Shown here: in pieces, positions 38,047 through 50,910 of the stretch
Layout: each line of letters opens with the position of its first letter
Numbering within the stretch: the first letter of the stretch is position 1
NCBI GenBank assembly: GCA_030265395.1
Contig: JARFYF010000054.1
Coordinates: 22,692,297-22,756,296, forward strand
Source: Rhina ancylostomus
Lineage: Eukaryota
Length of the DNA: 64,000 nt
Reading direction: 5' to 3'
Program-made: the position numbers and the translations under genes
The notes under the pieces: model-generated
Told to the model about the DNA's origin: nothing
The model's input: only the letters and a program-made list of their open reading frames with translations
The model's database searches: none

Positions 38047-38557
38047 ACTCTAGGTAAAGGGAAGTTAAATTAAGCTCACAGTTTTCTTAACATATTAGAT
38101 CACTGTATTCTGCTACAGTGTTGTGGGTTAATCTCATTCCAGAATAACATTTCTTACTGCACTGGCATGTTGTCCATTTCACCCTGTCCACACACCAGAG
38201 TGCCAATTAATACCAATTTGCCCAACCACTGGGCTAACACAGCATAAGGAGAAAGCTATATTTATGTCTATGCTTTGAAGGCTTTTCACAGGAAGTCTCT
38301 GACCATTGTCAGAGCATTGGGCAGAATTAGAAGCTGGCCTCCAGAGGTGAAAAGGAATTCCAACGCAAGCAAACTCCTTTCTCCTAAGATGTGCTCCCTA
38401 AGCAGTAAACATAACTGGCCCTGTATATATAAAGAAAATAATTGATAATGAATTATCCTTTTTATGGGAAAATTTAGTTCATTGTGAATCTTTAGTTCAT
38501 TGGATCTAATATGTTAAGAAAACTGTGAGCTTAATTTAACTTCCCTTTACCTGGAGT
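38047..38557. repeat. 55-bp inverted repeat (1 mismatch) with 401-bp spacer
   Basis: 38047-38101 and 38503-38557 are reverse complements apart from one a/g difference. Confidence 0.95.
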
Positions 38558-38619
38558 AGATGAAGATAATTGATGTATCAGTCCAATGAAGATGGAAAAT
38601 AAATGCTCTATTTTTCCTG

Positions 38620-39550
38620 ATTTATATTAAAATTAGCGAATAATCTCCGTGACGTCAATATGATTAAAATATGTGTGCTTGATCTGCAGGAATTTGACTT
38701 GTGATTCCAGTGCCCAAGGCTGATAAAGGATTTGATTTAACAAATATAGTTTATAAAATCGCATCTCCCGTGCTCTATTGGAATGGCCTCCCTCACTCAG
38801 CCAGAGTTAATAAGCACAGCAGGCATGGTGTGGCATATGTGAAAGTGTAAGGTCAGTTTTTGCAGCAGATCAACATATTTAGCTGTTATAAACAGTTATT
38901 TTCATCAATGCCACCCTTAACAACAGTTTCACTTTGCTTTTTTTAAAAGCAGTCACTATGATGCATGATATGTATCATTGTGCACTGAGTTCCTCAGATA
39001 ATGGCACATTCATGAGATTTCTGGAAGGAAGCCTTTGTGCAGCTAGTCATACGCCTATTGACGTGAAAGACACATTTTGTTGAGTCTGCCTTAAAGCTAC
39101 AGGCTGGTGTAGCACCATAAGACTTTGGCTGCTAAGTTTCTTTAATCGCTGCAGACATTTCAAGTGAACTTCTCTTCTTCTGGTGTCACTGTTCCTCCAA
39201 GGAGAGGATTTTTTTTTTAAAAGTGCAGTAATTAAAATTTGTAGGTCAAGTCTCCCACGACACTTACTCTTGGTAATATGGGAAATGCACGGTCTGATTC
39301 ACCGATGCTGATCTGCAGCACAATGAGATTTAAAGGCTGAAGGGTGACATTTTCCCCCATTTGTAAATTAATGCAATTGATCTTCCTAACAAGTACAAAG
39401 TTGGGCTTTGAAATACCAAATGGTAAATAGAGATTAGGCTCTTTTAATAGCTTTTTGATGTCAGCCTTAATTACTGCACAGTGTGCAGGGTATTGAACCT
39501 TCAATTGGAATTTCTAATAAGCTTTTGACTTTTACGGATAAAAACTTACT
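38620..39550. promoter_or_regulatory. Candidate conserved non-coding element cluster
   Basis: No recognised repeat, locally retained CpGs, perfect CRE TGACGTCA at 38650-38657, TAGGTCA half-site at ~39242, many TAAT cores. Conservation not tested. Confidence 0.4.
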
Positions 39551-41209
39551 GAGATGCCTTTGAATCTGCCAGAAATACTTTGTATAATGTAATTTGTTAC
39601 TTATTAGAAGAGACAGCCTATGAAGACCCTTTGGAACATGATTGTAAATGGTGCTTTCAGTGTTTGCTGCATGATGCAGGCGATTTAAATGATTTATTTT
39701 AATTAATTCTCTGTAACAAGTGTTTTTATATGCCCATTCCCCAACATCATTTTGTACCTTTTTATTATGGGCGTTGTTTCAATCCGAGGGAACAATGACT
39801 GTCCTTGGGTTTTAAAGGTTTCGTTCTACACCCTCTAGCAGACAGCAGTCAGGTACAGCACAAACTTGATTGCAATAGGACAGATCCTCCTCTTTGGCTT
39901 TACTAAGCACACTCTGTCATTCCCTGGGGCAGTAAATTTAAGGGGTGGTGACTTAGGAGTAATTTACCTGCCTCAAAGGGACTGGCAGAGTAACTGCTGT
40001 TGCCGCACTCCAGAATGACCTGGTCCTACTTGATGCTGTTCCTTCACTTCTGGAGCAATCAGGGCTGAGGTTGGGAATTCCCAGCAGATCTCAAATTCTG
40101 ACCTGCAGCAAGCACTAACCTCATCGTGGGTGCAGAATGAAGCAACCAAGTGAGCTGCAGCTGGGATCAGAAGAAAGACTGAAGAGGGGGGATTGTTCGA
40201 TGAATTGTAGGGGTGGCGGTTATGTGGGAAGAAGCAGAAATGGAGGTAGCACTAAACATGTGACATAACTGCCTCAGTCAGTTGAACTCCTACTTCAAAA
40301 ATTCGTTCTGTTGAAATTATTGGAGTAAATTTCAGAGGCAGAGTATGCTGATGTGACCATATGGTAAAGTTACCTTGATATAATCAAGAAGAATTTTAGG
40401 GTAATTTTTTTCACAGCTTATCAAAAATCATTCAGCTCTGGCATAAGCGGTGGTTAAAATTAACTAAAATATTCCATGTTTATCCTAAACTCATAGCTCT
40501 GGGAACACATTCCCACAGACATGGGCATCGTCCTACATATGGGGTAGATAGAATCTGAAAAGATCTGTAGAATTCACTTATAAACACATTGCCCACAACT
40601 AAGATGTCTAGACAGTCGCTTCAAATCCAGTCCTTGAAGGAGCAATCTATCTTTGAGAGTGTGACATTTCCTTTTCCTATAGCACTGATCTCTTAGCCTT
40701 TCTGAGTCTGATTGCCCAATTAGTGCTAATTAAGGCCACATTATGGCCAGGTTTGTGCCGTCTGTGTTCACGTTACCAGGAATTGAAGTGAGGTTTAAAA
40801 CAAATTGCTGAGGAACCTTAACAGCTATCTGAGGAAAGGAGTCTTTCAAACCATCACCTTGGTCAGATCTTAAATCCAGCTTGAAGGAAAATGACAGTGT
40901 TCATTAAGGCTATATTTACTTGTCTCTGTGAAAAACATTTGCAGCAAAAAGAACAAGGTAACCTGGTTTCCTGCTGATCAAATTGGTTTGCTTTTTAGTG
41001 TTGACCTTGAAAAGGTCCACATAAGCTGACCAGATGATGTTTATGGTCAACAATGACATCATGTCAACATAATTACAGACACATTTAATTACTTTTAGAA
41101 TCAAAGAGTGTAGATAAGATAACACAGAACCATTTATACTAAATCAGAACTATGGTTAGGTATGAATTAATCTAGATTTAACTGTAGTTAGATGAAAGTA
41201 CTTTGTTAT

Positions 41210-41900
41210 TTTTAGCTATTTAAATGCCTGCAGCTATCCAAATAGTTAAAGTTTCCCTTATATTGCAGAGCATTAAAAAGCCCTAATTAGAACAGCATTG
41301 CAGCCCCATCTGCCAATCTGCAGTAATCTACTCTAATTGCAGTAATTAAACTATATTTACATGTTCAAAATGCTTGTAATTTAGCAAATTGCGCTCTCTA
41401 CTCTTACATTTAATCAAACAAGTTGTTCCAGGATTCTTACTCTGAATAAAGCAACTCTAATATTTTGATTGCTGCAACAGTTTTGACGGATTAAGTGGAC
41501 CTGGAGAGCAGGCTTTCTATTCACAAGACAAACAGTATAAAAAGGGAAATATGATCATGCTGGGCGTGATCGTCATGTGAAAGCGTAATTGTGCTTTACA
41601 ACAAATTAACTGTTAAAGCACAGTCTGAGCAAGGCTGCTTTGGTTACATCCAATCTTTATACTAACACTTCCTTCGGGAGCAGAATCAAATTGGAGGCTT
41701 TTGATGAAAGTTTTGTGTCATAATGGTTTTATATAGAAGTGCATGGCGTTTGGCTCACCAGAAGTTCAGGTGCACAGTTTCTGAAATTGACCCTCCAATA
41801 TCTCCTGAGTATTACAACTGTGTACAGTAGTTATTTCTGCTTTATGTTTTACCTTTGAACAGTTTGGCGTGGGCAATGACTAACTCGAAGGATTCATTGT
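41210..41900. promoter_or_regulatory. Candidate conserved non-coding element
   Basis: No recognised repeat, dense TAATT(A/G) homeodomain cores, retained CpGs. Conservation not tested. Confidence 0.4.
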
Positions 41901-41994
41901 GGAATAATTTTTTGGGGGGGCAAAACTCTTTTTCATTTAGAAACCCAGCTTGGGAGAAATTCCCCTTGGGTACCCTTTAAATCTTTTCCCTTCA

Positions 41995-42250
41995 GGAGAG
42001 ATGGAAGATTTAAATGGGACCTGGGGGGCAAGTTTTTCACACAGAGGGTGGTGGGTATGTGGAACAGGCTGCAAGAGGAAGTGGTAAACAGTTACAATGT
42101 TTAATAGATATTTGGACAGGTACATGGTTAGGAAAGATACATGGAAATGGGCCAAATGCAGGCAAATGGGACTCACTCAGGAAGGCAACTTTGTTAGCAT
42201 GGACGAGTTGGGCTGAAGGGCCTGTTTCCAAGCTGAATGACTCTGTGACT
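41995..42250 (+). mobile_element. HER1/CR1 LINE 3' end
   Basis: 'atttaaatgggacctggggggcaagtttttcacacagagggtggtggg..ggacgagttgggctgaagggcctgtttcc..tgactctgtgact'. Confidence 0.92.
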
Positions 42251-43799
42251 TGTTGATCCATCCATTATCATCCTTTCCTTTCCTGTGATTGTTTTGTTTT
42301 ACTTGCCATGTTCTTGTCCAGCTTTTCCATCTCAGACAAAGCTGCAAAAACAGCCAACATAAAATCTCAGAGTCTGGAGCAGTGAGACTGCAATTTTATA
42401 GAATTCCTCCATCCCATGGGTAGTACACTTACTGCTCTCTCTTTTCGTCCAACACACTAAGCGGTAATGAACAAGCTGCTTCAATCTTACTAGTTGGAGA
42501 AAGCTTCAGAACTTACCAGACAAAAATGACTGACTGAGAATTAGTGATCATTCTCCATCAATAGTATAAAACAAAAAACTTGGAACAACATAGTATGAAA
42601 GGTCCTTGATCTAATGTACTTACGTTTTTAAGCCTGGATTTTTAGGCCTACTGCACCATTTACTGACGTTAGAGAAATGGAAACTAGATCAATGCAAAAC
42701 TGTGGCTGGCTTCTAGTAAGGACATGATCCCAGATTTGTACACCATTCATATACTCCACAAAGTTGTTTCCTTAAAAGTTGGCATCCTATTCATACTATT
42801 GAATAGCCACAGACTGTGCTAAGGTTTTCTTTCTGATGACACTGAATGCTAACATATTAGACATCTAATGCTGTGGAACTTGCTTTGTAGACTTATCTGG
42901 CTCTCTCCAGCTTTTAAGACACCTTTAAAACCCCCCCCTTTGACTAGTCTTTTGTTCACTGGTGTCAATTATTCCTATGAGGACTCAGTATCGAAGTTTG
43001 TTGGATAAGTGTTCCTGTGAAGTACCTTTTGGAGGTTCTTAATGTGGCCAAATAAAAAAAAAGCTATTCTTGGTTTGCTTACCCTGATTTGTCTGACTTT
43101 TTTTTTTCTGTTTTTCTGCACAATTTTCATTGCTCAATTAAATTTATTGGATAAATCAAGTTTTCAGGTCAAAAATTTCTAAATTAGCAAAATTTGTTTG
43201 CTGGTGAACAATATGAGTGAAGCACCAAATGAAAATGTCAGGAGTAGAAGACATATTTGGTACAAAATCAGCTGAAGAGGTAGAGCTGGGATTGTGATAT
43301 AGCTCTAATGCATTGGGCATTTAGTCAGACATATTAATAATTTATACTATGATGTATTGGAATGTAAATATGTCCCCAGAGAGAGATGCCATAAACAACT
43401 TAAAATAGTTAAATAAATATGTTTGTAAAAGGGATATTATTTTACTCAATTTGAGGGACGAACGCAAGTTATGTGCTTTAGTAATATCAAATAATCTGCC
43501 AGGTCCACAAAATATGAAGCTGGAAGAATATGTCACTTGGGTAAACCACATCAAATAGGCTTTGGAAGAGACAGCTGCTTTCAACACAAAGGCGTTTTGG
43601 TGAACAGGTGGTCTGGGAAATGGTTGATTAGATGGACAAGGCCAATGAGATAAAGTAATCATATAGATTAAAAAGAATTAGAAATAACATAATTGTGTCA
43701 TTATTGCCATCCATACTATTCAGCTGTATGAAAACCACATTAGATTCAGATATTTTTAGGATGATATAACTTCAGTTGACCATTAATTCCAATGGCAAT

Positions 43800-44005
43800 A
43801 ACTGTTTACATTCATACAATATCTTTTATATCGTAAAATTTCCACAAGACACTTCTCTGAAGTTTTATTGAACAGTTGACAGCTAGCCTCATTAGAAGAC
43901 AAGAGGACAGGTTTTAATGAACATCATAAAAGCAGAAATAGAGAGGTGGAGAGACTTAGGAAGGGATTTGTAAAGCTTTGGGCCTTAGTACCCAAAGGCG
44001 TGGAC
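43800..44005 (-). mobile_element. LINE (L2/CR1 group) 3' fragment sharing the SacSINE-type tail
   Basis: 'aactgtttacattcatacaatatcttt..gtaaaatttccacaagacactt..gagaggtggagagacttaggaagggattt..gggcctt'; same family as 50316 and 59165. Confidence 0.6.
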
Positions 44006-44204
44006 GTAAAAATCCAATGCACTAATTTAACAGGCTTGTATTACACTTCAGTTATAATAAAAGATGATGTTTAATAATAACTTGCATTTATGTGGCAGTG
44101 TTTCATGCAGTAAACAAATGAACAAAATTGATGAAGTTAAAAATAAATCCTTGAGATCCAACATCGAATGCCTGATGGCATGACCAAATAAGTAAGTTCT
44201 GAGG

Positions 44205-46420
44205 AACATGGAACATGAGGAACAAGAGTAGGAAGAGGCCAGTCAGCCTTTGAGCCCACTCCATCATTCAGTAAGTTCATGGCTGATTCAGTATTGACCT
44301 CAGCACCACTTTCCTGCTCTCTCCCCATAACGCTCTGCTCCCTTGCAACTTAAGTGTCTGTCATTCAATGCCTTGAATATATTCAGTGATTCTGCTTCTT
44401 TAGCTCCTCAGGATAGAAAATTCCAAGAAAGTCACTGCCCTTTGAGAGAAGAAATTCCTCATCTCGGTCTTAATAGGTGGACCCTTATTCTGAAACTGTG
44501 CCCCATAGTTCAAGTTACTCCCAAGTAGGAGAAGCATCCTCCCAGCTTCAATTCTGTGGATACACCTTAGAATCTAATTTGTTGCAATACATTCATTTCT
44601 CATTCTTCAATATTCCGCCAACCTTTTAACCAAATGTTTATAGCCCCAGCCTGTTTATACGTCAACCCCATTATCCCAGGTATCAGCTTTGTGAAGCTTC
44701 TCCACCCTGCCTCCAATGCAAGTACCTACTTTCTTTAATGAAGAGACCAAAACAATATACAGTTCTCTGGCTGCACCAATGCAGTAAAGGTGCATCAAAC
44801 TTTCCTTATTTTTAGATTCCATTCCCCTTGCAATAAAGACAAACATTGCATTAGCCTTCCTCCTTATTTGCTGTGGCTGCATGCTAATCCTTTGTGTCTC
44901 ATGCACGAGGACTCCCACAGCCCTTTGTATTTTATAGTCTCATTTCATTTAAATAATAATTTGTGCTTTTATTTTCCTTCCACAATGGATAATCTCACAA
45001 TTTCCTGCAATATACATGATCTGCCACCTTCTTACCAACTCATCTACATCCCTTCATAGCCTCTTTGTGTTCTCCTCACAACTTGTTTATGCATCTATCT
45101 TTGTGTCATAAGCAAATTTGTGCATTTGGTCCTTTCATACAAGTCATTAGAATGTAAATAGTTGAGGCCCCAGTACTGATCCCTATAGCACCCATTGGTT
45201 ACTGATTACCAATCTGAAAATGACCCATGTATTTCAACTTTTTTTTGTTAGTAAGGCACTCTATCCATCCTACTGTACTATCCCCAACCCTGTGCAGTCT
45301 TCCCCCTTGTGCAATGATGTTTACGAGACACCTCAGCAAATGCCTTCTGAAAGTTCAAATACACTACATCTACTGATTCCCCTTCATCCATCCTACTTGT
45401 TCCACCCTTGAAGTCTAGCAAATATGTCAATGTCCCTTTCGTGATATCACATTAACTCTGACTGGTGGTCTTGTTATTTTCTAAATGCCCTGCTATTAAC
45501 CTCCTGACAATGGATTCCAGCAATGTTCCAAAAGACAGGCGTTCGACTGTTTGGCCTATAGGTTCCTCGCTTTTGCCACCCAGCTTTCTAGAATAATGGT
45601 GTAACAATTTTAGTTTCCTAATCCTCTGGGACCTCTCCCAAATCTCAGGAATTTTGGTAGATTACAACAAATGCATCTGTTATTTCTGCAGCTTCTTCCT
45701 TTAATTCTTATGGATGCAAGCCATCAAGTCCAGGGTTCAGCTTTTAGCCCTGTTAGNNNNNNNNNNNNNNNNNNNNNNNNNNNNNNNNNNNNNNNNNNNT
45801 CTTCCACTTTACATCACATTGACACTATATTATTATTGGGATGTTTTTGGCACCTTCTACCATGAAGACTGGGACAAAATAATTTACTGAGAATCTTTGC
45901 CATTTTTCTATTTTGCTTTTTTTTAATTCCCCAGTCTCATCCTTCCGAGAGATAAATATTTACTTCTCTCTTCTCTTATATATTCCTGCAGAAGATCTTG
46001 AAAAAAGATTTTTTTCAATCATTTGCTGGTTTATTCTCACAATCTATCTTCCACTTATAATTTTCTCAGTTATCCTTTGTTGCTTACTAAACAAAAATCT
46101 GAATTCTCCAGTCTGTCTCTAATCTTTACAACTTTGTATGCATTTTCTTTCAATTTGGTACCAACCGTAGCTTCCTTAGTTCGCCATGCATGGTGCATCT
46201 GCATTGCAGAACGTTTCTTTCTCATTGGAATATACCCTTACTGATATCATCTGCCATTGAGGCTTTGCCACCTTATCCTTTAATCTATTTTCCCTGTCCG
46301 TTTCAGTTAACTCTGTCTTCATTCCATTGTAATTGTCTTTATTTAATTTTAGGACGCTTGTTTCAGGCCCAGCTTTCTCACACTCAAAAAGAATTTGAGA
46401 TTCCAATATGCTGTGATCAG
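44205..46420 (-). mobile_element. Long CR1/HER1 LINE fragment (~2.2 kb)
   Basis: Tail 'gaacatggaacatgaggaacaagagtagg'. ORF2 words GVLVHETQRISMQ..IRRKANAMFVFIARGMESKNKE (44655-44918) and LKLNKDNYNGMKTEL (46176-46487). Confidence 0.92.
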
Positions 46421-46534
46421 AGGGAGCTGAGGAAGTGCATGAAAGGATGGCTTGAGTCGCAGGGACAACAGACATCCACTGCCACACAGGCTGGAGGAGA
46501 TAAGTAAGGCTGAAGGCAATGAGGGTTTGCTCAT

Positions 46535-47033
46535 AGTTCTGGCTGCCACACTGCAGGAAGGATGTAATGGCACTGGAGAGGCTGCAGAGGAGATTTATCG
46601 GGATGTTGCCTGGGATGGAATGAGGAGAGACTGGATAAGCTGGGTTTGAGTTCCTTGGAGCAAAGGAGGCCGTGGGGGAACCTGACAGAGGTGTTCAAAA
46701 TTATAAGAGACGAAGATAGGATAGATAGTAAGAAACTCTTCCCCATGGCAAAGGTGTCTAAGACTGGAAGGTAAGAGGTAAGAAGTTTAGGGGGGATCTG
46801 AGGAAGAATCTTTTCATCCAAAGAGTGGTTGAAATCTGGAACACACAACCTGAGGGGGTGCTGGAGGCAGGTTCTCTCACAACATTTAAGAAGCATCTGG
46901 ACAATTAATTGAATCAGCAAGCTGGAGTAGGATATGGACCACGTGCTGGTAACTGGGATTAGTGTAGATAAGAGCTGGATGGTCGGCATCGACATGGTGG
47001 GCTGAAGGGCCTGACATAATGACTATGACTCTA
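46535..47033 (+). mobile_element. CR1/HER1 LINE 3' end
   Basis: 'ggcactggagaggctgcagaggagatttatcgggatgttgcctgg..ttttcatccaaagagtggttgaaatctggaac..gggctgaagggcctga..atgactatgactct'. Confidence 0.93.
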
Positions 47034-48052
47034 TTTGAGAACAAAAGCAAATTTAATGCACTAGGGGATGGTGAACCAATTTGGGTTCAATAAGGTATTG
47101 GCTGTAAGTGTGCAAGCTGTCAAATGCCTTTATCTGCCTAATTTTTCTGAGTTGTCCTGAATGGGCATCTGGCATATGCTAATGAAGGGCCTAACTCTTG
47201 AGTCAGGCAGCTGCCATGGAGACCTGAAGAAATGGCCAGGTATGATAAAATCAAGGCCTCTTTGGTGTACAGCAAGTTGGCATCTGGAATTGGCCTACTA
47301 GATTCAGTTTCTGTTCCATCAGCTGGTGAGCTGCTTTTTTTTACTTGGAGTGTAATATCACACTTATCAATAGGCATTATGGTGGTTGTACATCTTAAGA
47401 AATATGCTGTTCAATTGATAAAATTATTTGCCAGACAAAAATGGTTTTCTGCTGTAATCAAATCATGAAAAAAATGAAAGTACGTCGATCCTGGAATTGG
47501 ATTTGCTGGGGCCTTTTATCATTATGATGTTAATCTCATTTTTCAACATATTAATTTAAAATGTATGTGTTTCGTGTGTGTATATATATTTAAAATTCTT
47601 GCATTGCATTATCAATTTCTGCTTGTAGTTTTTTTGAAGAATTATTTAGGATTGGCAAGCATCAAAGACTGCAGCATATCTGTATAGCCAATCAAGCTGT
47701 GTAGGGTAGTTTTGAACAAAGCAAAANNNNNNNNNNNNNNNNNNNNNNNNNNNNNNNNNNNNNNNNNNNNNNNNNNNNNNNNNNNNNNNNNNNNNNNNNN
47801 NNNNNNNNNNNNNNNNNNNNNNNNNNAGTTTTGAACAAAGCAAAGAATTCCAGTGTGCCAAACACTCCCTATCCACTCTCATTAAATACAATTTGTAATT
47901 TAGTCATAACACTTAAATCTGTAATTCTGATTAAAGCATTCTTCTCAATTATTCATGTCTTCAATTCTCAGTGAACAGAGTTTTTGTCAATCTACTACAT
48001 TTTCGGCTCAAGGGAGCAATATTTTTTTGATATTTCCAACATTTTCTAACAT

Positions 48053-48335
48053 CACAGAAAGCCATTCAGCCCATTGAATCTATGCTGTTTTTCAGAGTAT
48101 TTCCATCAGTCCCCCATGGACTTTACTGTGACCTACTCTCTTTCACAAGCCCATCAACTCCTCCCTGGCATCCTCCTACACTAAGGGTAATTTACAATGG
48201 CCAGTTAACTTACCAGCACAACTTTGAGTTATGGGAGGAAACTGGAGAAAGCAGGGAAACCCATGCAGTCAATGTGAGAATATACAAACTCTACACAGGC
48301 ACTCTGGGAGGTCAGGATCAAACCCGGGTCACTGG
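48053..48335 (-). mobile_element. HE1-type V-SINE
   Basis: Reverse complement of HE1: 'gggtaatttacaatggccagttaact..tgggaggaaactggag..gggaaacccatgcagtca..tacaaactctacacag..ggatcaaacccgggtcactgg'. Confidence 0.88.
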
Positions 48336-48496
48336 AGAGTCAAGTCAGTTCTGAAAATCAATCTGGTTCATTAACTGATGGTGGATTGCTGTTACCCACA
48401 TTACCACTCTTTTTCCTCACTACTCATCCCAACTCAACAGAACAACCCCAACCCCCCACACAGCTCCCTAACTCTGTAGTTCTCTCTTCCAAACTA

Positions 48497-48650
48497 CATG
48501 ATGGTGCAATGCAAGATGACACTTCATACCTCCAGGGACCAGGTTTGATACTGACCTCAGGTGCTGATTGTGTGGAATTTGTATGTTCTCCCAGTGACCA
48601 TGAGCGCTTCCTTCAGGTGCTGTTATTTCTTCCAACATCCCAAAGATGCT
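48497..48650 (+). mobile_element. HE1-type V-SINE 5' part
   Basis: 'ctccagggaccaggtttgatactgacctcaggtgctgattgtgtggaatttgtatgttctcccagtgaccatg..ccaacatcccaaagatg'. Confidence 0.85.
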
Positions 48651-48679
48651 TTACTGCGCTCATCCCATATCTAGAAATT

Positions 48680-49890
48680 TAGAGGTCTTTATTGAGAATA
48701 TACTCAGTGACTGAACTTCCACAGCTGTCCTCCAGAAAGATATGCAAAGATTCACTACCCTCTAGATGAGAAAATTTCTTCTCGTGTCAGTTCTGAATGG
48801 ACAACGCTTTCTTTTGATAATTTGAACCCGCAGATGTCGATCTTGGAATCGGATTTATCCCAATGCAGGTTTTCAACTCCAAAACATTGACAATTCCTTT
48901 CCAGACACAGATGCTGCTCGACCCACTGACTTCCTCCAACAGATTGTTCGTAACATCAGTTCTGTATCTCCCCTCTCAAACACCTGAAGAATTTTGTTCA
49001 TTTCAATGAGATCACTTTTCATTCTTCTAAACTCAAGAGAATACGGCTTGTCTGCTTAGTTTCTCTTGGTATGACAATCTCCCCATCCTAGGAATCAATC
49101 TGCTGAACCATTACTACATTGCTTCTGTCAGAAGTACATCCTTATTTTGAAAGAAAAAACTGACTTACACATACTTTTTCAAATACAGTCTCAGTGCAAT
49201 TCCATATAATGAGAGCAAGAAATCCCGACACTGAGATTCAAATCCTCTTGCAATAAAGGCAATGTACCATTTGCCTTCCCCTATAGCTCGCAGTACCAAC
49301 ACATTAACATACAGTGATTTGTGTACAAGGGCATGCAAGTCCTTATATACTTCCAATCTCTCGTCATTGGAAAAAAATTCAGCCCTCCATTTTTTCTGCC
49401 TTGTGTTCCACCTGTCATGCCTTTGTCCATTCACTTTGCCTGTCTGTATCCCCCTCACAACCTACACCACCACCACCTAATCTTGTATTGTCAGCAAACT
49501 GGCATCTATTACTATTATCTCCTCATCCAAATCATTGATATAAATTGTTGACAGAAGGGGCCCCTGCATTAAATCCTGCTTCCCACGCCCTAAAAATGAC
49601 CCATCAATTGTTCCTGTTTTTTGCCTATTAACCAATCCTCAACCTATGCAGGTATATTACCCCCAATGCCATGAGATCTAATTTTGTTTGATAAGTTACC
49701 TCCTAAGAAGTTATTAAAGGCTTTCTAAAAGTTAAAAACCATGACATCAGCTTTTGAGATTATACAACCTCAAACGGATTTGTCTTAAAATGATTACCCT
49801 TTCATAAATCCATGTTGACTTTGTCCAGTCTTATAATTATTTTCCAAGTGTCCTGCTTTGATTTCCTGAATAACAGCATTTTCCCCAATG
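48680..49890 (-). mobile_element. CR1 LINE fragment interrupted by a Penelope-derived piece
   Basis: ORF 49165-49458(-): KDLHALVHKSL..AFIARGFE..LLSLY..L.R.YL.Y (CR1 ORF2); 'ttcataaatccatgttgact' further upstream. Confidence 0.88.
48855..48950 (+). mobile_element. Penelope-derived terminal repeat with hammerhead remnant
   Basis: 'tcccaatgcaggttttcaactccaaaacattgacaattcctttcc..cacagatgctgctcgacccactgacttcctccaacagattgtt'. Confidence 0.8.
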
Positions 49891-50139
49891 CTGTTTGACA
49901 TGTTGCTGTCGTAACTTATACCTACTGAACCTTAACATGATGCAGGTTGCTGCTTAACAATGCTGTCAAATTGTTCCTCTGTTGTGAATCCTTGAGATAT
50001 GCTTCAATGTGAGAAGCCTTGTCCACATCCGAGCCTTTATACCTATGTACGTCTTTCATAGAAATGCGCACTATCCCTCTGAGTAAATGTTGGTTTAGAC
50101 CTGATATGCACAAAAGCACAATGTGGTGGCAGCTGAAAC

Positions 50140-50305
50140 TGGTCAGATAATGCTAGAAATATCCAATGGGCCAGGCAGTATCTGTGGAGAAGGACAATTA
50201 ACTCAGTCTGTCAGTGCACAGATGCTGCCAGATTTACTGAGTGCTTCTTGAATTGTCTGACTTTACTCTGCTGGTGATGGTCTTTTACTAGAAATCTTAA
50301 CCCTG
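50140..50305. mobile_element. Palindromic Penelope-derived element (degraded)
   Basis: 'aatgctagaaatatcc..ggccaggcagtatctgtggagaa' ... 'cacagatgctgccagatttactgagtgcttc'. Confidence 0.7.
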
Positions 50306-50315
50306 CTAATTCATT

Positions 50316-50910
50316 AACAACTTATATTTATACTATAAGACATCAAACATCTCAAGGAGCATTATCAAAGAAAATACTGACCCTTATGAACTTTTCCGGC
50401 AGAACTTGATCAAAGAGTAAATTTTAAACAAGTGCCTCAATGAAGAGTTGAGAGGCTTAGAGAGGAAATTGCACAAGTTAGGGCTTTGGCAGCTGAAGGC
50501 ATGTCACCATGTGGTGATCAAATTCAGGGCACAAGCAAGAGTCTGGAATTGGAGGAGTTTGGATTTCTCAGAGGATTACAAGGATGGAAGAGATAGAGAC
50601 ACACAGACAGACGGAGACAGAAATGGACCTGACTCTGGATGGATTTGAAAGCTTGGTGAGAATTTTGAAATCAAGCAATGCTTAACTAGGATCCAGAGTA
50701 GGGCAGCGAGCATGGGGGTGATGGGTGAACAGGAAGATGAGAGACAGAAAGACCACAGGCAGCAGGGGTTTGAAGGATTTCGAGTTTACAAAGGGTAGAA
50801 CCAGGGAAGCCAGGAAGGAGAACATCAAAACCGTCAAGTCCAGATGCAGCAAATGTTTGGAAAGATGGGAACAACAGATGTACTGAGGCAGAGATGGACG
50901 TAGCAAGCAA
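50316..50910 (-). mobile_element. LINE (L2/CR1 group) 3' fragment
   Basis: Inverted tail 'aacaacttatatttatac..catctcaaggagcattatc', then 'agggctttggcagctgaaggc..ggatttgaaagc..gagaattttgaaatcaag..ccaggaaggag..agatgcagcaaatg'. Confidence 0.75.

Noticed and set aside
44205-47033. Single LINE with 5' inversion (twin priming)
   Set aside because: Both oppositely oriented parts carry their own, different 3' tails, so they are independent insertions.
47708-47844. 18-bp direct repeat
   Set aside because: Flanks a 100-N gap; assembly artefact.
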